Below, one piece after another: positions 59,831-64,000 of a stretch of 64,000 nt of DNA; the stretch's first letter is position 1; each line of letters starts with the position of its first letter. This stretch comes from Eutreptiella sp. 'Long Island Sound 2002' (lineage: Eukaryota > Protista > Euglenida), in NCBI GenBank assembly GCA_964036045.1, contig OZ038378.1, positions 42,780,001 through 42,844,000 of the forward strand, in the 5' to 3' direction. A model generated the notes under the pieces. That model did no database searches. It was not told the origin of the DNA and saw nothing but the letters and a program-made list of their open reading frames with translations. The translations under genes were made by a program, and so were the position numbers.

Positions 59831-61119
59831 CAAGGGCAACCTTGGATAGTTTCCAACTTGGCTGGCACCCACCTTCACATGCCACATGTTGTGCCACAAC
59901 TCCCACACACGCAAAACACATCCACTTCCTCCTTGGCACCTACGAAAGTGCACTTTCCAGAGCGAGTGTCAGTGTGCATTAATATAGTACAGCCACCTGC
60001 TTCTTGCAATTAAAAGAGATGGTGTAACAAGCGTGCAAACATTGTGCGCTACAGCACATTGGCAGCCACCATTCAAGCCTCCAGTACAAAATTTCGATGG
60101 ACAGGGGCGCAAATTTTGGGAGAGGGAACTTTTTGCTTCTTACGTACGAAATTTTGGTAGAGTTCGTGTTTCAAAGGTTCGGAAGTACTGACATTCTATT
60201 GTGTACTATTGATAGGCGCGTACTTTTTTGCAACCCTTAAGTCCCTCTCCCCTGCCGCATCTGAGAACAACATGGGGGTGCGAGGGTTGAACCATGTGTG
60301 GCTCCACCCGTGCATATATGGAGTCGCTGCGCAACCCTCTTCGGCGAATTCAGGGATGATGTGCACAATGTAGGTGCACACCAACCCCATAGCACGCCAT
60401 GAACAAGTGGACAACTTTGCACAACCACAAAAGAGGTGCACCATGTGGCAATACACCAAAACTATTGAGTGAAAGGGCACAAGCACAACCATGCCACCTG
60501 CTAGTCAGCCCATTGCTGTCCGAGCCTCACGGCCTGTTAAGCTCATCAGAGCCAGGAACCGACCCCTCACCAAACGCCGGTGCTCCCGGCGAGCAGGTGA
60601 TAGGGATCTAGGGTTGTGCCTGTTTGCCACAAGAACTATAACTTGCAGCAACTCATGTTGCGACTGAGGCCGGAGTGTGCGCCCAATGACACTAAGCAAC
60701 CGCGATGCACTACCCTTGTTGTGGTGCAACAGAGACAGTATGATGTATACATTTTCTAAGTTCGAAACACCTTGAAACTGATGGGCCCCCCTGAACTTGC
60801 ATGAGCATGGCTTTGAGGTGCTGGAATGGCTTGGGTGCCAGGCAAAGGGGCCATTGGCCGCCGCACAATCCTGATTGTGCCAGATGAGGGGCGGGGCAGG
60901 TTGTCTAGCTCCTTGCAGTCCAAAGGGGTAGCTCCTAGGAAGTTCATGACAAAGGCCAACACCATAAACTGATCCGCAGGGACACGACATATGCTTGCAA
61001 AGGGCTCCAACTTGGAGACATTGCCCCTAACCCATACAGCATAGTTGTCCATAACGAAATAATACTGAAACATTGTGCTTCAGGAGTACCCCTAAGGAGA
61101 GTAGAGGATGGGAGAGCAA

Positions 61120-62310
61120 AAAGGGCCCACTGTTTCAGTTTCCTGCAACCAAGGCATTCTTGTAAAGACCAAACCAGCAGCTTCCACGAGGACTTTATAC
61201 TAGCCGATTTGCTCTCACCAAGCCTGAGATCTGGAGGCCCCAAGTATGCTCAACTGTCCGCCCCTTTTAAGGAGGCCACTGTTTCAGTTTCCTGCATGTG
61301 AGGCATTTTTGGAAAGCCCCAACCATTAGCTCTTACCAAAACTTTACTTTAGGCTATTCGCTCACATCACGCCTGAGATCTGGAGGCTCGAAATGTGCTC
61401 GACTATCCGCCCCTGTGAAGGGGCCCCCTGTTTCAGTTTCCTGCAAGTCAGGCATTTTTGGAAAGATCCAACCAGCTGCCCTCACCAAAACTTTATTTCA
61501 GGCTATTTGCCCACACCAGGCCTGAGATCTGGAACCTCGAAATGTGCTCAACTGTCCGCCCGTGTCTAGGTGCCCACTGCTTCAGTTTCTTGCAAGTAAG
61601 GCATTTTTCCAGAGCCCCGACCGGTAGCTCTCACCAAAACTTGATTTTAGGCTATTTGCTCACACCAAGCCTGAGATCTGGAGGCTAGAAATGTGCTCGA
61701 CTATCCGCCCCCGTCCAGGGGCCCACTGTTTTAGTTTTCTGCAAGTGAGGCATTTTTGGAAAGCCCAGACCAGTAGCACTCACCAGAACTTTATTTTAGG
61801 TTGTTTGCTCACACCAAGCCTGAGATCTGGAGGCTAGAAATGTGCTCGACTATCCGCCCCCGTCCAGGGGCCCACTGCGTTAGTTTTCTGCAAGTGAGGC
61901 ATTTTTGGAAGACCCTGACCAGTAGCTCTCACCAGCACTTTATTTTAGGCTATTTGCTCACACCAAGCCTGAGATCTGGAGCCTCGAAATGTGCTCGACT
62001 ATCTGCCCCTTTGCCTACTGTGTTGGTTTCCTACAAGTAAAGCAAATTGGGAAAGCCCCGATCAGTAGCTCTCACCAGAACTTGATTTTAGGCCATTTGC
62101 TCACACCAACACAGAGATTTGGAGGCTCGAAATGTGCTCGACTATCTGCCCCTGTCTATGGGCCCAGTGTTTTAGTTTCTTGCAAATAAGGGATTTATGC
62201 AAAGCCCCGAGCAGTAGCTCTCACCAGAACTTGATTTCAGGCTTTGTGCACACAGGAGCACAGAGATCTGAAGGCTCCAAGGGTGCTCGACTATCCGCCC
62301 CCGTCCACAC
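61120..62310. repeat. Tandem satellite, about 149-bp unit, about 8 copies
   Basis: GCCTGAGATCTGGA recurs at ~61223, 61372, 61520, 61670, 61819 and 61969, with variants at ~62115 and 62262. Confidence 0.93.
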
Positions 62311-63540
62311 GTAGGCACACAAGCACAAACAGGGCACATGGAACATTTTGTTGGTAGGCTTTGTGCAAGCCACTTGCTTTAGTATCAGGGGAGACAATGA
62401 GGAGGAGCAGTGCCCCCTTAGCTGGTGTCCCATCCAGCAAGGAGAACGGCGCCATCCAAGTCTTGGAGCGATGACTTGTACCCGTGACATAGTGCAGCAC
62501 TCTGCGGACAAATGTCACTATCCAAAGGGGGAGGGAACGCTCCAACCTCCCCTCCTTGCCCCCCCCCCTCCCTATCCCACTCCACAAAGAGTAGGGGCCA
62601 GGGGCGGTCTTCTTCTTCCTGTTCCCCCCGGCAGAGGCTGCCACCCTCTTCTTGTTGCCCTTCACCCCTATAAAGGCCACGGGGGAATCGGGGTCAGACG
62701 CACACCACTCAGTCTAAGGTTCAGGCACAGGGGAGGGGGGGGCTCCCTTCCTCTTCCCCTTCACCCCTGTGGAGGACACAGACACACCCGGGTCGGACTC
62801 CGACTCACACTCAGCCTGTTTGGATGTCGTGATCTGGTGAAGCATCACCGCGGGGACATTGTTGCCCGTGAGGGGGGCAAAAGGGACTGGCCCTTTGCCC
62901 ACACAGCCGGGCAACTCCCCAGCCACCTTCGTGATATCCTTCACCACACTGGGGGCCCACCCTGTGCGCCGGAGGCTAAGGTTCCTTGGTGTTTGCACCC
63001 ACGCTGTTACCATGTCAAACATGGCCCTACACTCCCTCCGCAGCATGGCAACATTTTTAAGGGGGGGGGTTGCTCGGGCCACTCCCACGGCGGATGTTGT
63101 AGGCCAGAGCAACACCCGCACTGCAATATATAAACAATTTTTTTGATTGCACTGCGGGGAGCCGGTATGCAAGGTGACTGCAACCCCCCCTTTCCGCAAC
63201 TGCTCACAATATGACTTGGAGGCATTGTCGCCAGCCAAGTGATAAACTTCAACCACAACAACGACCCCATTGAGCAACTCTTCCGACCCCCCCCTGGTCA
63301 CCTCCCATACCCCAAAGGGGGCGAGGGTGGAGGGTGGCGTTTTGGGGAGCGCCTTAAGGAGCTGGCGCTTTTTGGGCCGCCCCCATGGAGCAGGCATGTG
63401 CTCCGGCAGCCCCGATGCCTTTTTGCTTAGGGCAGAGGCAGCGTGCCGGAGCTTGCGCTCCTTCTCCCTAAGGCCAGCACCCCCTCCTTCTTCCCCCCAA
63501 ACGCCTCCCGCACCCGCTGCTCTGCCCCCTCAGACTTTTT
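62291..63540 (-). pseudogene. Decayed ORF of unknown function (likely TE-derived)
   Basis: A 227-aa and a 129-aa ORF appear to be one frame split by a stop. Protein-like composition, no recognisable motif. Confidence 0.3.
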
Positions 63541-64000
63541 AACCTCCTGGTCCAAAATATCCCTTAGCACCCTAACCTAGCTACCACTAGACCTTTTCCA
63601 ATCTGTTAAAAGGGGAAAGGCAATGGGAAAAAAGGACATCCGAGGCAATGACACACATTTCAAGCACACCCCTTTGGAGGTTTTGCACGTCAATATACCT
63701 GATGCCTTTGACAAGTACACTACGCACAAAGACAAGCACGAACACAATGATATACCCAATGTCCTTACACAAGCTTGGGTACTTCATGTTACACTTTTCT
63801 TCCACCCTGCTAGGCGTCATGCAAAGTGGGCACCAAGATTGCAGACAACATTCCTGTACTTTATGCCTCCAAGATGGCGACCAAAATGTCTTCCAAGGCA
63901 TCTTGGCCGGGAAGATCCTAGTACATGGGTACCAGTATTGGTTGCGGTTTTCGGGCCGCTCTCGCGACCAAAACTTCCAGGCGTTTTAAGAGGGGTCCAA

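Larger units (their letters stand above)
57600..59979 (-). mobile_element. Decayed RAG1-core/Transib-like DDE transposase gene
   Basis: After removing introns and frameshifts the motifs follow RAG1 order: LTLIVRGDAY, LLSMANCDD, VTLGGDQPSTRRVIGV, VLCILHLTMAMG, PDGEETANFF, KAIANLWDLLQAL, TTSWYLLSLEHDV, VDISESVNRFLK, HNSRRGG. A Cys-rich first exon is likely. TIRs not found. Confidence 0.7.

Noticed and set aside
60040-60046. CATTGTG (reverse complement of Transib-like CACAATG) as right TIR of the RAG1-like element
   Set aside because: No matching heptamer or inverted repeat found at 54.5-54.9 kb; a single 7-mer is expected by chance.

Overview
This is TE-dense eukaryotic genomic DNA with spliceosomal GT-AG introns. 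I saw no rRNA, tRNA, CRISPR or prokaryotic operon. Most long ORFs in the supplied track are antisense or GC shadows of decayed minus-strand genes. The window holds: (1) an apparently intact DIRS-type retrotransposon (gag-like ORF plus RT) running off the left edge; (2) two decayed non-LTR elements, one RLE-type and one carrying RNase H; (3) one probable host gene, a multi-exon BTB-end plus pentapeptide-repeat protein (KCTD9-like architecture) at 22350-33077 (-); (4) decayed Harbinger-like and P-element/THAP9-like DDE transposases, plus a spliced ORF with a Ulp1-like protease whose intron holds a 226-bp satellite; (5) a decayed tyrosine-recombinase retroelement with the recombinase upstream of RT/RNase H (VIPER/TATE-like order); and (6) the top candidate, a decayed RAG1-core/Transib-like DDE transposase followed by a tandem second gene, both interrupted by mutually homologous CTAG-rich GT-AG introns (54.6-60 kb). 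The TE mix is compatible with a euglenozoan (euglenid-like) host, but that is inference only. All protein family calls come from manual translation and motif recognition; no searches were run.
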